From: Neoconidiobolus thromboides FSU 785
Taxonomy: Eukaryota > Fungi > Entomophthoromycota
Assembly (NCBI GenBank): GCA_025603075.1
Contig: MU626397.1
Location: 1 to 52,863, forward strand
Direction: 5' to 3'
DNA: 52,863 bases
In this document: positions 13,546 to 26,321 of the stretch, one piece after another
Position numbering within the stretch: the stretch's first letter is position 1
Layout of the letters: each line of letters starts with the position of its first letter
Translations under genes and position numbers: made by a program
Notes under the pieces: generated by a model
The model's database searches: none
What the model saw: only the letters and a program-made list of their open reading frames with translations
What the model was told of the DNA's origin: nothing

Positions 13546-13723
13546 ATATATTGGTTATTTAAGGTTATTTTATAACAGTGAAATAACTTTATGGTATCAG
13601 TTTGGAATTATTTTGTTGCAATAACAAAAACAAAAAGGTACATAAAGGAATTGAAATAACGATAATGAAGATTGGAAAACCGATATATTTTATTACAGTA
13701 TATTACTGAGTAATGCTAAATCA

Positions 13724-16015
13724 ATGAAATTGAATTTTTTACTATTTGTATTGGGATCTTCTTTATTGATTAATGGGATCCCTACTCCTAAAGCAAATAT
13801 AACTCAGCCTGAAAAAATTCTAAGCAATATCAGTAAGCTAGAGGAAACAAGGTTTAAAGAGAAAAAGCAGGAAAAAGAAATTAAAAAGAAATTAAAAGTT
13901 AAAAAGGATAAGCCTCAAGAAAATGATAAACGACCATTTTTAGAGCAGATTTTCAATGATAAATCAGATAAACTGGGCATTACAGGCGATCTATGTAGTA
14001 TAATTGATAAAAAAGGGGAAGTATATATCTATGAACAGATCTTATAGTGCTATAATAACTTTCTTTTTGATGGTAAGATAAGGACCAAGTTTTGAATACT
14101 ATGAAAAATTTTACGATTTTATGCTTTTCCAAATGTTTCTAGAAAACGTTCTGATGTATATGAAGAAAAACAATGAATATCAAAGTGGCTTTAGCATTGT
14201 TATGAGAGAAAAAGTATACTATAGATATAGCATTTCAAGTGGATGCTTTTAAAATATCTAATAAGCTGAGAGATAATTACACTGTTCGTGTTCTTGATTG
14301 TTATCAGACTCATGTCTTCATATTACTTTTCCCACTTGGTGTTATTGAACAAGATAATAATTTAGTAGTTAAAGTAAAAGGCGGCTATCTCTTTGAAGAA
14401 TTCCAAATTAAGAAATAGCCAAGCTTAGGAATTGATATTGAAAAATTTGATGGAGCGATTGTTGAAAAGGCAGATGGTATGGACCCATTTCTTGCAATTG
14501 AAAAGAATGCTGATATCATATATCCTTCTTCTTGTGGTATACATTCAGGAGTAAATGGGGCTTTATACCACACTATCTTAGAAAAAGGTATGTTCAAAAA
14601 AAATTGGTGATTTTCCACATACATTTATTTCCCCTAAAAATCCAGTCGTGTTTGAGATGAACATAAAATGCAATAAAGAGGTTGTAAGGACTTCATATAT
14701 TGTCTTATTCAATGATGGTGGGTTCAGAAATAATGAAGATTATTACCAAAAATTTTGCGCACCCAAAGTAGACCCTAAAGCAGCTACCAATACAGTTAAC
14801 CAAAATAGAACTGAAGAAGCAGAAAAGGCAATGCTAGCAGAACAAGAAATAAAAAGGGCTAAATAAAATGAAGCTAAATTAGTTGAATCAAAGTAAATTA
14901 TCAAAAAAGATATAGAGATTAGTGGCGAAATGAAAAAATTACCTGATCCACCAGAAATAAAGATCAACAAACTAGGAATAACTAGAAATTTTTCCAATTA
15001 CTATATTTTTGATAAAGATGTTGATGTCCTTGTTATGCAAGATTTTAATTCAGAAGCTAGTGATATTGAGTTTAAAAAAGAAGTTATGTAAGGATTTAAG
15101 CTATTTAAGCTATTTAACGAGTATGATGTTAAAAAGCTGATTATTGATTGCTGATATTAGTATCAATGATGGTGATACAGTATGGTATGGTTATTCTGTT
15201 ATGAAATATTTGTTAAATAAAAAATTTAGATCTTTTAGACTTGATATACACTTAAGTCCGATAATTACTTCTTTCATTATTCTTAAGCAATAGCTCAAAG
15301 ATATTCTTATACTGAGGACCATCTGGCTTATAAAGGCAGCTGGATTAAATCCCATAAACAAGTTTGTATCCTTAATCATTAAAGAAGTGGCGTAGAAAAC
15401 AGATATACTAGCTTTTTTTCTCATAATGGTGGTTCTGAAGACTTCATGTCAGTATTTGCTAATAATAACGCTGAGACTTAATTTGACTTAAAAAATATTG
15501 CAACAATGTCTGGGCTAACTTGTTATTTAATTTATGGTTTATTTGTGATTGGATTCTAAGAACCATCAGATGTTGGAACTTATACAATTGATGAAACAAA
15601 AATCAAAAACTCACCTAAGCCTATTGCTGGTTCAATGAATAGTGCTAATGTCAGATTTGATCAATTGAATGAAATAATATCCATGCTTCAAGATCATCCT
15701 TTAGCACCTAAGTCGTTCCCGGTTCAATTACCGTTAGACATTGCTCTTAAGCAAGCATATGAGGATGTATTTTTGTATTTAAGAATTTTGCTAACAATTT
15801 TTTCACTCAAACAGTGCTTAAAAGATATAAAAAGTAATGAAGTCAAAAAAACATCCCCATATTCTCATTTCCCAGATAAGAATGAAAAACCTATACTTCT
15901 AAAAATTTTAACAAGGCAATCTAGGCACCATTTATATCATATTAACACTTCGACTGAAGATCTATCCATCAACTGTACCAGAGTTGCTAAAGAGAAGAAA
16001 TTTACTTGGGCTTAG
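13724..16015 (+). pseudogene. Decayed secreted peptidase S41-like gene, copy 1
   Basis: Signal peptide MKLNFLLFVLGSSLLING, K/E-rich linker, KKLII..SINDGDTVWYGY (degenerate NGGG), F.LKNIATMSGLTCY, PKSFPVQ..LKQAY; multiple in-frame stops and frameshifts; collinear with copy 2. Confidence 0.7.
15761..15858 (+). mobile_element. MITE family A copy inserted in frame into S41-like copy 1
   Basis: ATAT|GAGGATG...CATCCCC|ATAT; 98+4=102 bp = 34 codons; absent at the equivalent site of copy 2. Confidence 0.92.
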
Positions 16016-16052
16016 TAGAAATATGCTACAATAAAATAGTCAATTAATGTAT

Positions 16053-16150
16053 GGGGATGTATTTCTGTGTTTAAGAATTTTACTAACAACTTTTCCGCTT
16101 AAATAGCGCTTAAAAAATGGAAAAATAATGAAATAAAAAAAAACATCCCT
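16053..16150 (+). mobile_element. MITE family A copy
   Basis: GGGGATGTATTTCTG...CATCCCT; near-consensus core; inverted relative to the copy at 16239. Confidence 0.9.
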
Positions 16151-16238
16151 ACATCTTTTATTTTCTGTTCAATAACCTTACATTAACGCTTAATTTACAG
16201 TCTATGAAAAAGCTACAATGGCAGTAAATTTATGATAT

Positions 16239-16336
16239 GAGAGTCTTTTTTTTTATTTCATTATTTTTCCATTTTTTAAGCGCTATTTAAGCGGAAAAGT
16301 TGTTAATAAAATTCTTAAACACAAAAATATATCTCC
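16239..16336 (-). mobile_element. MITE family A copy
   Basis: ATAT|GAGAGTC...ATCTCC|ATAT. Confidence 0.9.
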
Positions 16337-17099
16337 ATATATTTAATGGGATTACAGAGTATTTAAATTACAATCAATGGCATAAAAATAGTTTTAATCA
16401 AAATAAGAAGGTTTGGTTAGGACCATTTTAACAATATATTCTAAAAAAAAATTATATATGTATCGAAGCCCTATTTATCATATCTCACTATAATTATAGT
16501 TTTGCTTAGATGTTCTTATTAGTATTTTATCAATATTTCAAAAATAAAAAGCTTAAAAAACAAAATAAGAATCCAATTTTTAATAGAATTAAATAAAAAT
16601 ACTATTTTTTACAATGTTTATATGACTTAAAAGGGTGGTTTGTATATATAATGAATAAAACTACATCAATAATTTTGGTTTGTTACCACCATATTAAAAA
16701 AGAATGATGGTATATAATAATTATTATTTGAATTTGAATTATTTCAGACTTGTCGTTTTTAAAATGAACCAATCAAAACCCAAAATTAACCAAAAAGGTT
16801 GGCAAATTGAATTGATGGATAATCAATAACCAAGGAATAGTATTTGATACTTAGATGTATATAAAAAATCCAGTCCCTTTCTTTACCAGCCGTAAAGCTA
16901 TACTTGGTACTCTTTGTAAGTTTATACATAATATTATAAATAAAGGAACAGATGATAAATAAAACGAACACATCCATTACAAAATAAGAAGCGAATTTTT
17001 TAGTGTAAATTGTTGGATAAAAATGAACGAAATTGAAGAAATCACAACTAACTTATAAATCCAATTAGTTATTGTCATACCCTAATTATATTTGACAGA

Positions 17100-18001
17100 A
17101 TGTCTAAGTTACCCGCTGTTCTCCAAGGTAAGTATTATTTACATTAAATATTAACCAGTTATTAAATTCAAAAAAAGCCACTGAAGAAGACATCAAGCTT
17201 CTCCTTGCTGCTGAATCCCACATTGGGACCAAAAACTCCCAAGTAACCATGTCTCGTTACGTTTACAAAACCCGTGCTGATGGTGTTAACATTATCAACA
17301 TTGGTAAAACCTGGGAAAAATTAGTATTAGCTGCCCGTATCATTGCTGCTATTGAAAACCCACAAGATATTGTTGTCATCTCTGCCCGTAATTACGGTCA
17401 ACGTGCCGTACTTAAATTTGCTTCCAACATCGGTGCTACCGCCGTTGCTGGTCGTTTCACCCCAGGTACTTTCACCAATTACATTACTCGTGCTTTCCGT
17501 GAACCACGTCTTGTAATTGTCACTGATCCAATCTCTGATTTCCAACCAATTAAAGAAGCTGCTTACGTTAACGTTCCAGTTATTGCTTTTGCTGATGTTG
17601 ATGCTACTCTTAAATACGTTGATGTAGCTATCCCAATGAACAACAAAGGTAAACATTCCGTTGGTCTTGGATGGTGGTTATTAGCTCGTGAAGTCCTCCG
17701 TCTTCGTGGAACTATCGCCCGTGATCAACCATGGGATGTTATGGTTGATATGTTCTTCTACCGTGACCCAGAAGAGATTGAAAAAGAAAATGAGGAAGCT
17801 GAAGAAGTCCAAGAAGAAGATGGTTTTGCTGCTGAAACTGGCTATGAAGTTTCTGGAGAAACTGCTTCAGGTGCTATTAATCCAGCTATTGCTGCCTCAG
17901 TATCTGCTACTGGTGCCGGTGGTAACTGGGATGAGGAAGAAGCTGCTGGTAACTGGGGTGACGAACCAGCCGCTCCAGCCGCTAACACCTGGGACAATTA
18001 A
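17100..18001 (+). CDS. RPS0: 40S ribosomal protein uS2 (S0/SA), 2 exons
   Basis: MSKLPAVLQ|[53 protein letters not shown]; intron 17128-17177. Confidence 0.98.
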
Positions 18002-18197
18002 AATAAACTGATATATTTATATTAAATAAATAGTCTGTCTATATTAATTTTAAATAGATATTGTTTCTAGATAATTTGATATTTATATATTAGGAAATTT
18101 ATATAAGACATGTTTTTTAGTTTTTAGAACGTATTGTATTACTTTTCACAAAAGCATTATTTTTATTGTCAAGCTTTACATTAGTTCAAACATTAAA

Positions 18198-18886
18198 TTA
18201 TGATAATATTTTGCGCATAGAATAGGCATCTTCTCCGTCGGCATAATATTTCTTTTCAGTTTCATGAATACTATTAATAATTAATTAGAGTATCGTTGTT
18301 TTGGAAATGTGCCTACCTGAATTTTAGTGTATTATGATATAAACTAAATGCAGCTTTATTTCCAACTCTAACATGTAGGGATACATATTTTGCTTTATAG
18401 CATTCCACCATCATTTTTTCTAAACTATTAGTTTTTAATTTATTATTAAACAATTAAATTACGTGATTGATTCATTAATTTGTCAGCTATACCTAATCGT
18501 CTATAATTACGCATCACCGATAATGAAGTTATATGACCATGAGGTAATTCATTATTTTCTTCTTCCCTATTTATTTTTTTAGCTTATTTTTTGTTGTTTT
18601 AAACTTTGTTTACATTTTGGCCAAAACATAACCTACAATACGTCCTTTTGGGTCTTCAGCTACATAACTTAATTGAGGCCAACTTAATGCATGATAAAGA
18701 TCTAACTATTATTTAATCCATCTACTTAATTTTATATTTCCTTACAGTACTTGATTTGATAATTTTCTGGTAAATTACTAATATTGCAATGTTGAATTGC
18801 TAAAAGATCATCGGCCTGAAGAATAGTTAATCATTGATTATATTGGATTGATTTCTATGTTTTACTGTTGCTTGACGTATATTCAT
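18198..18886 (-). CDS. ARD1: NatA catalytic subunit Ard1/Naa10, 6 short exons
   Basis: Absent from ORF track. Spliced manually: MNIRQAT|[23 protein letters not shown]|[29 protein letters not shown]|[35 protein letters not shown]|[34 protein letters not shown]|[24 protein letters not shown]. Confidence 0.95.
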
Positions 18887-19038
18887 TTTAGGTAAAAACA
18901 ATTTCACAATTCATTACGTTTGTTAGTTAAATTATTAGGGATTAAATTTATCGATGGGAAATCAAATTATTACTTGTAAGCCAATCAAGAGACATTATTG
19001 ATTTGTTCTATTTCAACATTGTACATGGATTAGTTTAA

Positions 19039-19151
19039 AAGCCTGGTTCAAAATTTATACATTTTGATTTTTAGTAAAATTGCGAATTAAGCACTATACT
19101 GCTACAAAAGTAGATTTTGCTTAGTTAAATTTTGTTTTTTTAACCAGGCTT
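19039..19151. mobile_element. Candidate second MITE type (TTAA-flanked, 113 bp)
   Basis: TTAA|AAGCCTGGTT...AACCAGGCTT|TTAA; perfect 15 bp inverted repeat including flanks; one full copy only. Confidence 0.45.
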
Positions 19152-19980
19152 TTAAATTACTCATTTGAATGATAAGTTATTATATTACAGCACTTGTAAA
19201 TGAAAACATAGACGTTCAATTGTATATATAAAGGGGTACTTGTAGAAAATAGCTCGAATTTGAACCATTTTCAGATTAAAACTTAAAATATCTATCTACT
19301 ATTTCTTTCACCAATGTTTTTATATAAAATAATGTGATAGAGAAAATTAGTCATTTTAAATGTTTATTTAATAAATTATACGACTTCAAATTTATAAGTG
19401 CTTTGTGTCTTAATATTTAAATACTAAATAAGAAAGTATAATAAAGCATTGAAAATTCATTAGAAGTCTTTTTTTTTGTATAAATCTTTTTTTGAAAATT
19501 TTGAATCTATGAGGGTGTGTTTTACCAAATAGAATGTAGAACTAAGCTGTGTAATACCTTTAAACCTTTTTAATAAAATAAACAAGTTTATTATCAACTT
19601 GAAATGTAATGGAACTTAGTCATAATGGTTTTTATACTTTAGAAATCTAACCCAATTTATTGGTTGATTGTAAAACCTTATTGACTAATTTAATTGGCTA
19701 ACCCACATCTTTTTGCAATCATAAGGTCAAAATAGTTGCATAAAGACTTAAATATAACGTAAAAGTAGGAGATAACTTTTTTAGTAAACCAGAAGTAGAA
19801 GTACTTAGAAAGTGCTCAATAACTATTCAAGGGGAGCCCCTACGACCTTACACAAACTATTATTTTCAAGACCTAAACTCGGCATAAACATACCACAAGC
19901 AACTTAAACCTCTTCGATTACCTTGACTCGTTTTTTTACTTTAGCTTTATTAACTATATATATAAATACAAAACACCAAA

Positions 19981-21258
19981 ATGACAGACACAAATAATGA
20001 TCTTCCAGCTCAGCTAGAAAACTTAAACTTGGGAAATGAAACCAAACGAAGTGAGGAAGCTTCAAGTCCAAATTTGAAAAAAGTATCAAGCCAAAATAGA
20101 CGTCCTAAACATAAGGTAACTTAGATTTGATTTAAATTGCGTATTTTTTAAATCCTTTAAATAGTCTTCGGATTATAGATTAAATAACAGAAACAACAAC
20201 GATTTAGATTATATCCCTACTGCAGTTGTGATTAAAAATATACCCTTTTCAATTAAACGTGAATTGCTTTTGGATATCTTTGTAAGTTGATTCAAATTAT
20301 TAAAAAAGAATTGCAAACTTATTTTTAGTCCCATCTTGGTTTACCAACACCATTTGCTTTAAATTATCATCTAGATAATGGTATTTTTCGTGGGCTTGCA
20401 TTTGCCAACTTTCGCACTCCTGAAGAAACAGCCCTTGTAATTAAATCAATTCGAGGAGTTGAATTATGTGGAAGGAAACTTAAAATTGAATATAAGAAGT
20501 CGAATGGTGCTGAAAGAAGGGAATATAATTCCAATACAAATGCTAATTCAAATCAAATTAATGGCTCTAATGAGAATATAAATTCAATATCAAACGAAAC
20601 AAATAGTAAGTTAATTAAAGTGATTATAAAATTTAAAATTAAATTCTTTTAAAGATGAAGATCTTAACAAACAAAACAAAGGTGAAAATGAAGAGTTGGA
20701 CTTTAATAATGAACAAATAAATGCATTTTATGAACAGATTGCTTCGTTTTATGAAGATGATACTCGTGAAGCTTTAATTTATCCACCTGTTCTTGATTCA
20801 ACGCAACGTAAAATCGTACATGCTATTGCAGAAAGGTTTGGGCTTTATCACTATAGCCAAGGAGTAGGGGAAGAGCGTCATATAAGAGTTTCTAAAACTA
20901 AACCTCCCCAACCTCAATACGTAAAGAGAGAAGATAAGCAACCAGCTCGTCGTATCAATAACTTTAAAGGAAATAATAGCTATAACAAAGATAGTCAATT
21001 TTATGAAAAAGATAATAACTCTAGTGGTTTAAGCGAAAGATCTTCATCTGGACCTAAATCTTATAAAGTTAATGCTAAGTAAGAGTGAATTATTTTGCTT
21101 ATCAATTTATTGACATTTAATATAGGGTTTTTGACGCAACTATTGCCTATCCAATTCGCCAGCCTACATTGCCCGATCTTAATAATAACTTTGTATTACG
21201 CAAAGAAGAGCTTGAACTTGAGCAAAAGAATAGTAATACCATAGTTGAAGCACAGTAG
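19981..21258 (+). CDS. RRM + R3H RNA-binding protein (Pin4/Cip1-2 family), about 5 exons
   Basis: IPTAVVIKNIPFSIKRE, PFALNYHLDNGIFRGLAFANF, R3H LDSTQRKIVHAIAERFGLYHYSQGVGEERHI, C-terminal PIRQPTLPD..NF. Confidence 0.8.
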
Positions 21259-21833
21259 TTGATTCGTGACTATAAGGAGTATTTAAAAAATCTAGTGCTT
21301 AATAAAGAAATATCTAACATAATTTTGATTTATTGATAATTAAAAGATCAATTGATGTATTACTATGAATTTATAAAAATATTGTTTGGGTTTTATATAA
21401 TCTATAAGACAAGTATATTTCAAACTCTATTAGTGCATATTAATAAAAAATAACCTATTTAAATTATTATATATCAGTTATAGTTTTTCAAGTAGAAAAT
21501 AGGACACAAGCTCATCACCAAGGAATGGGACTGAATTTATTTCAGCCTTTTTAAAATTGAAGAGTATTTTAACTATGGCTTTAAAAATACAATATTATAT
21601 GATAGCCAAAGTGAGTAAAAATCGCTTAAACAACATATTTGGTTAATTAATTATCATTATCAAGTTACATGTAACAACCAAGCTATAGAACGAACATATT
21701 ACTAATAGTATGTAAATTTATTTAAACTTGAAATTCGACTCTTTTACAGTCACTATTCCTTGAACAATTCTAAACTAAGCATAAATGAAATGTATAACAA
21801 TTAATTTTCATTGAATTTTGAGATGAACCATAT

Positions 21834-21929
21834 GGGGATGTTTTTTTTGACTTCACTTTTTCCATCTTTTAAGCACTATTTGAGCGGGAAAATTGTTAGT
21901 AAAATTCTTAAATACAAAAATACATCCCC
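21834..21929 (-). mobile_element. MITE family A copy
   Basis: cc ATAT|GGGGATG...CATCCCC|ATAT gg. Confidence 0.92.
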
Positions 21930-22351
21930 ATATGGATTTTATAAATCTAAACCAAAATCAAACAGGAAAATTTATTGATAATTATAACCAGGATTTTAAA
22001 TTTACCCATATAGGGTATACAGTGTTATTATTATTGTCTTCGAAGGTAACTATAGCTCAAGTCCTTTATTGTTGTGAGAATGGAATACTATTAAAATTTC
22101 AAAAGGGTTTCATTAATCTTCTATTTAGTCTAGCTGATTTTTTTATGAAGAGATTATTCTAAATAGTCTTGACAAAATAGTCCAAAAAACATATTCCAAA
22201 TAGTGTTTTATAATATAAATGCACATACTCAACTTTGAAACTTTGGCAGATTCGGGTTTGAATTTAAAAGAACCTTAGTAGCTTAGAATTAAAGGTATTA
22301 TTATAAATCATTTATTTCAAATAAATTTAAATTTTAGCTCGGGTTTTATAA

Positions 22352-23372
22352 TCAAGCTAGATTGTAGCTTGATAAGTTTGGACTTGATGATAACTTCCAC
22401 TTCCCAAATAAGTGTTCCATTTCTACTTTGGTTTCATCATGTACTAAAAGTGCGAAAATAGGGTTAATCAGAATAATGGACATAATTGATATCACGACAA
22501 TAGCATCAACCCAGACTTCACGATTATCTGCATTAGTTATATCTTGTACTATGTTAGTTATATAACTTGGAGCGAATACAATGATATAAGCTACTATACC
22601 TAATTATTAAATGTTAGTATATTATAGTTTTATAATATAGATTTATGTTACCTATAGCTAAAGCAGTGATACTCCTCTTAATATTACGAACCGGTTCAGT
22701 ATAAGATTTGGTATTATTAGCATTATCAAAGTTTTGATCAACATAATAACTATATTTTAATAGCTTTAAATTCCTCAACAAATTGATATATTTAATTAAT
22801 ATGCCACCATAACATACTGCAATAACAATCGGAAGTAAGAATATTCTTACTAATAGCCATTTGCTATAAAATATGTTAAATGGTATATCGGCTAATGTTA
22901 TCAATTCACAATAGCTGTTTGTTGGCATCACTCTCCCTGATTTATAAGATCCTGATACTATTGCTAATGTTATTGATAATGATACCATAGCCACAGTTGC
23001 GATATTGAAATATATTTTATTAATTTTAACTTGTAAAATAATAACTACAAATCTTAAAATAGCTAAGATAGTAGCACAGTCTATTGAAGCTTCCAAAACT
23101 CCTAATGAAATAACAGCTTGAATTTGACAAGCAATGTTCTCATCGTGCATTATCTCATAATTTGATATCCATTTCATAAAATCAAAAACAATCCATGATA
23201 TTCCCATTAAACTATCTAATGTACACATTATAATTATCGGTAAGAAGTCGGCCCCTCTGATACCATTTCTAAAAATACTAATATAAAATACTAATCCACT
23301 ACATCCTATTGCTACAAAGGATAACAAGAACATGATTATGTCTACAACTAAACTAGTTGCTAAATCTGCCAT
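22352..23372 (-). CDS. Class-A-like 7TM receptor (GPCR), paralog 1, 2 exons
   Basis: Seven hydrophobic segments, ACQIQA (TM3 Cys), LAILRF, SYCEL (ECL2 Cys), INPIFALL; intron 22651-22600; stop 22352-54. Confidence 0.8.
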
Positions 23373-25847
23373 ATCGAAATTAAACTATAATTAAAAAAAC
23401 AAAATAAAACTTTAATTTTTAATTCAATTTATTTATTTTATAGTTTGAAATTCAAGGAACAATTGGTAAGCTGGGTGCATAGGTATTTTAAAGTTGGTAA
23501 ATTTATTCTTTAATCAATTCATAGTTTTAAATAGTTGAATTAATCATTTGATGTAGAAATTCTACTTATTTCATCTATCTTCTTTAATTATTACTTAAAG
23601 AAACCCTTAATCGTTTCTTCTCTAAATTAGTTTCAATAAAAAAAAGGTTCATATTAGATTATTCTACATTATTTTATCTCACATATAAAATTTTATCTTA
23701 TAAGTAAACATTGTGAAAACATTATCATTTTTTGTTTTTTATAGTCTATTTTAGTAATTTATTAATTAATTTCAACTTATAATAAAATAATATAATAAAA
23801 TTAAATAATCATTTAATCATTTAATTACTAATAATTGTACTGTATCCCTTGACACCACTTAAGCCACATTAAAATAAAATGCTCAATTTAAATGGAAAAT
23901 ATACTAATTTATAGAATGTACTATTCTTAATCTCACGTTTTATTTGTTTATTTTAAATCATATATCAAAGCACGATTTATAACTTTAAGTTGGTATACTA
24001 TCTCAATGCTTTATCTTTACACCTTATTTACATCTCTGGTTACCTTATTTGATTCTATCACTTAGCTAGGTAATCAGAACTTACTTTGTCCATTTATTTT
24101 AATAAAGAAAATTATTGTATTAACAGATAAGTTTGTTTGCATACATATTTACACCTTAATTTAATTCTTTAGCTTTCATTTACCTCAAATTATTGTTTAT
24201 TTATTGAGCTATAAATATTGTACTAAATCAGCTTAGATTACTAACAACAGATTTGCCTATTTAATTGGCAACTATTGTAATCCAGGTATCCAAAAATCTG
24301 CATTAAGCTGAAAGGTTAATGTAAGAATTTGCGTAAAAGCAGAACAGAACAAATTGAAATGATTTAAATTCCTTAGTTTAACTTTAGTTTAAATTTAGTT
24401 CAAGTCAAACAATAAACAAAGTATTTTACTTAATAATGATATTGTATATTGAATATTAGACAGCAATAAGGGATAAGTGAGAAGATTATAAACAAAGGCT
24501 TATATCCATAAAAGTAATGGTAAAAAAATGATCAATAACTGATTTTAAGTTGATTTATAAAAATGATATTGTATACTAGAGTATCGAAATAAGTTATGAA
24601 ATATTTTAGATTAACCGAAAAACAATCTGGAACTTAGTCCAATTGGTGTGGAATTAAAGAACTAAATTTTCAGTAATTTGTCTAAAATAGAATTTAATAT
24701 AAAATTTTAAAAAATTTAACTAAGCAATGGCTTTTTTATAAACTATATCAGTAACTCATGTGTGAAAAAAATTTAAAAGCAAATTTATGTAAATTTTCAG
24801 CTTTAGAATTTTTAAATCGGTAATCTTTTAAATAAAAATAACTGTTGTTAAAAAATAAGTAAAGATAAAATTGGTATTTAGAATATTTTAACTAACACTT
24901 GTTAATAAATTTACAAGTACCAAAAAATCATTTAATTTACAATGATGTAAATTATTATAAAAAATAAAAAAGGAATAAAAATTAGTACGAAATACTATTT
25001 TCTTATCTTGATTATAAGGTTGTTTTTTGTGCACAGGAAATTAAATAATAGATTAGTTTGAGCCAAATGATATTTAAATCCTTGGTAGCAAAGCTTTAAA
25101 CAAATTCCACAAAGCGTTTGCTCTTTATTTCTTATATCATTATACATATTATGTAATATCCTTTTTTTAAAATCGTAGAGTTTTCAATTTTAATAACATT
25201 GTGTTACGAGTTTATCAGCTATTTTTTTAAACCAGCAATACTAAATACACTAATCTCTTAAATTTGAAGTATTAGCAAAGCAGTCAATAATTCCTTATCT
25301 TCATTTTTATAGATACTTAAAATGATTTAAAGTGACTTCTAGTGACGAGTATGGAATGTGCTGTGTTTAGCAGGTTTTTCATTTCAGAACTCTTTGGAGA
25401 GCTGCTTTTTTTGCAGTTGGATGATATTTATTCATTTCATCTTTAATGATCCTATTATCTATTAATATATCGAGATCAGGATTTTTATATCTATCATTTT
25501 CTGGACATTATTTAGTAATTAAATGATATGTTTTTAGCCTATATTACTGGGTTTTAAACACTTAGTTAACTATAAACTATGAATTGTAGATTCAGGTAGT
25601 TTTACAAACAGACTCTATTAAAGCGCCAAAATAAACATACAATATTGGGGTGCAGTAGTCATATATACATAAATCAATTGGGTGTGGTTTTATGTTGCTG
25701 ATTAAATTACAGTTTTTTGTCACTTTGTCATCATCAGCCTTTCCTCCACTAGTAATAGTTCTCAAGCTTAAATACAATAACGTTGCAACAGTAGGAGATT
25801 TTATCTATTGTTAATTGTGGTATATTATTCCATAATCTACTATATAT

Positions 25848-25943
25848 GGGTTTTTTTTTGGATTCATTACTTTTTCCATCTTTTGAGCACTATTTGAGCG
25901 GAAAAATTGTTAGTAAAATCCTTAAATCCTTAAATACATCCCC
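25848..25943 (-). mobile_element. MITE family A copy
   Basis: ATAT|GGGTTTTTTTTTG...CATCCCC|ATAT. Confidence 0.9.
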
Positions 25944-26321
25944 ATATCCCTTTATATTTCCAAGTTATTTAATGTTATTGTTACAATTCTTATACCTTTA
26001 TTTCCAATTTGTTGTTAACTTGTGCTTTATAGTTGATTCTCATGTTATTTGTTAGTAAAAAACCAATGTATTATAATTTTAAGGTTTTGGGTATTAAATT
26101 ATATAAAAATTATATCCTATTGTTGTTTATTGGTATATATCCTCAGTAATATTTAACTCATAAAAAATTGATTTTATTTTGTTCTTAGTTAAATGCTCTA
26201 CTTTAATTTGATCATGTTTTATAAATCCAATTTAAAAAAAGTATATGCTACTAATAGTTTTTTTATAACTTGCTATAGTACAATATAATAGTTACTAAAT
26301 TATAAGCGTTCAATATTAAAA

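Noticed and set aside
14385-15424. Minus-strand ORFs 14385-14624, 14743-14997, 15191-15424
   Set aside because: Antisense shadows of the plus-strand S41-like pseudogene
16400-16980. Minus-strand frame with few stops containing YHHSFLIWW (elongase-like) and a 63 aa ORF
   Set aside because: Only one short motif matches; I could not build a consistent spliced model. Possibly a decayed fragment, unsupported without a search.
17327-18011. ORFs 17327-17656 and 17688-18011
   Set aside because: Antisense or alternate-frame shadows of RPS0; the same applies to small ORFs overlapping RVB2, GSH1, S28, trypsin and the KDM4-type gene
24950-25790. Slightly GC-richer tract with broken minus-strand frames (includes ORF 25592-25777)
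   Set aside because: May be a decayed gene or TE remnant but no recognisable motif; could not be tied to a transposase
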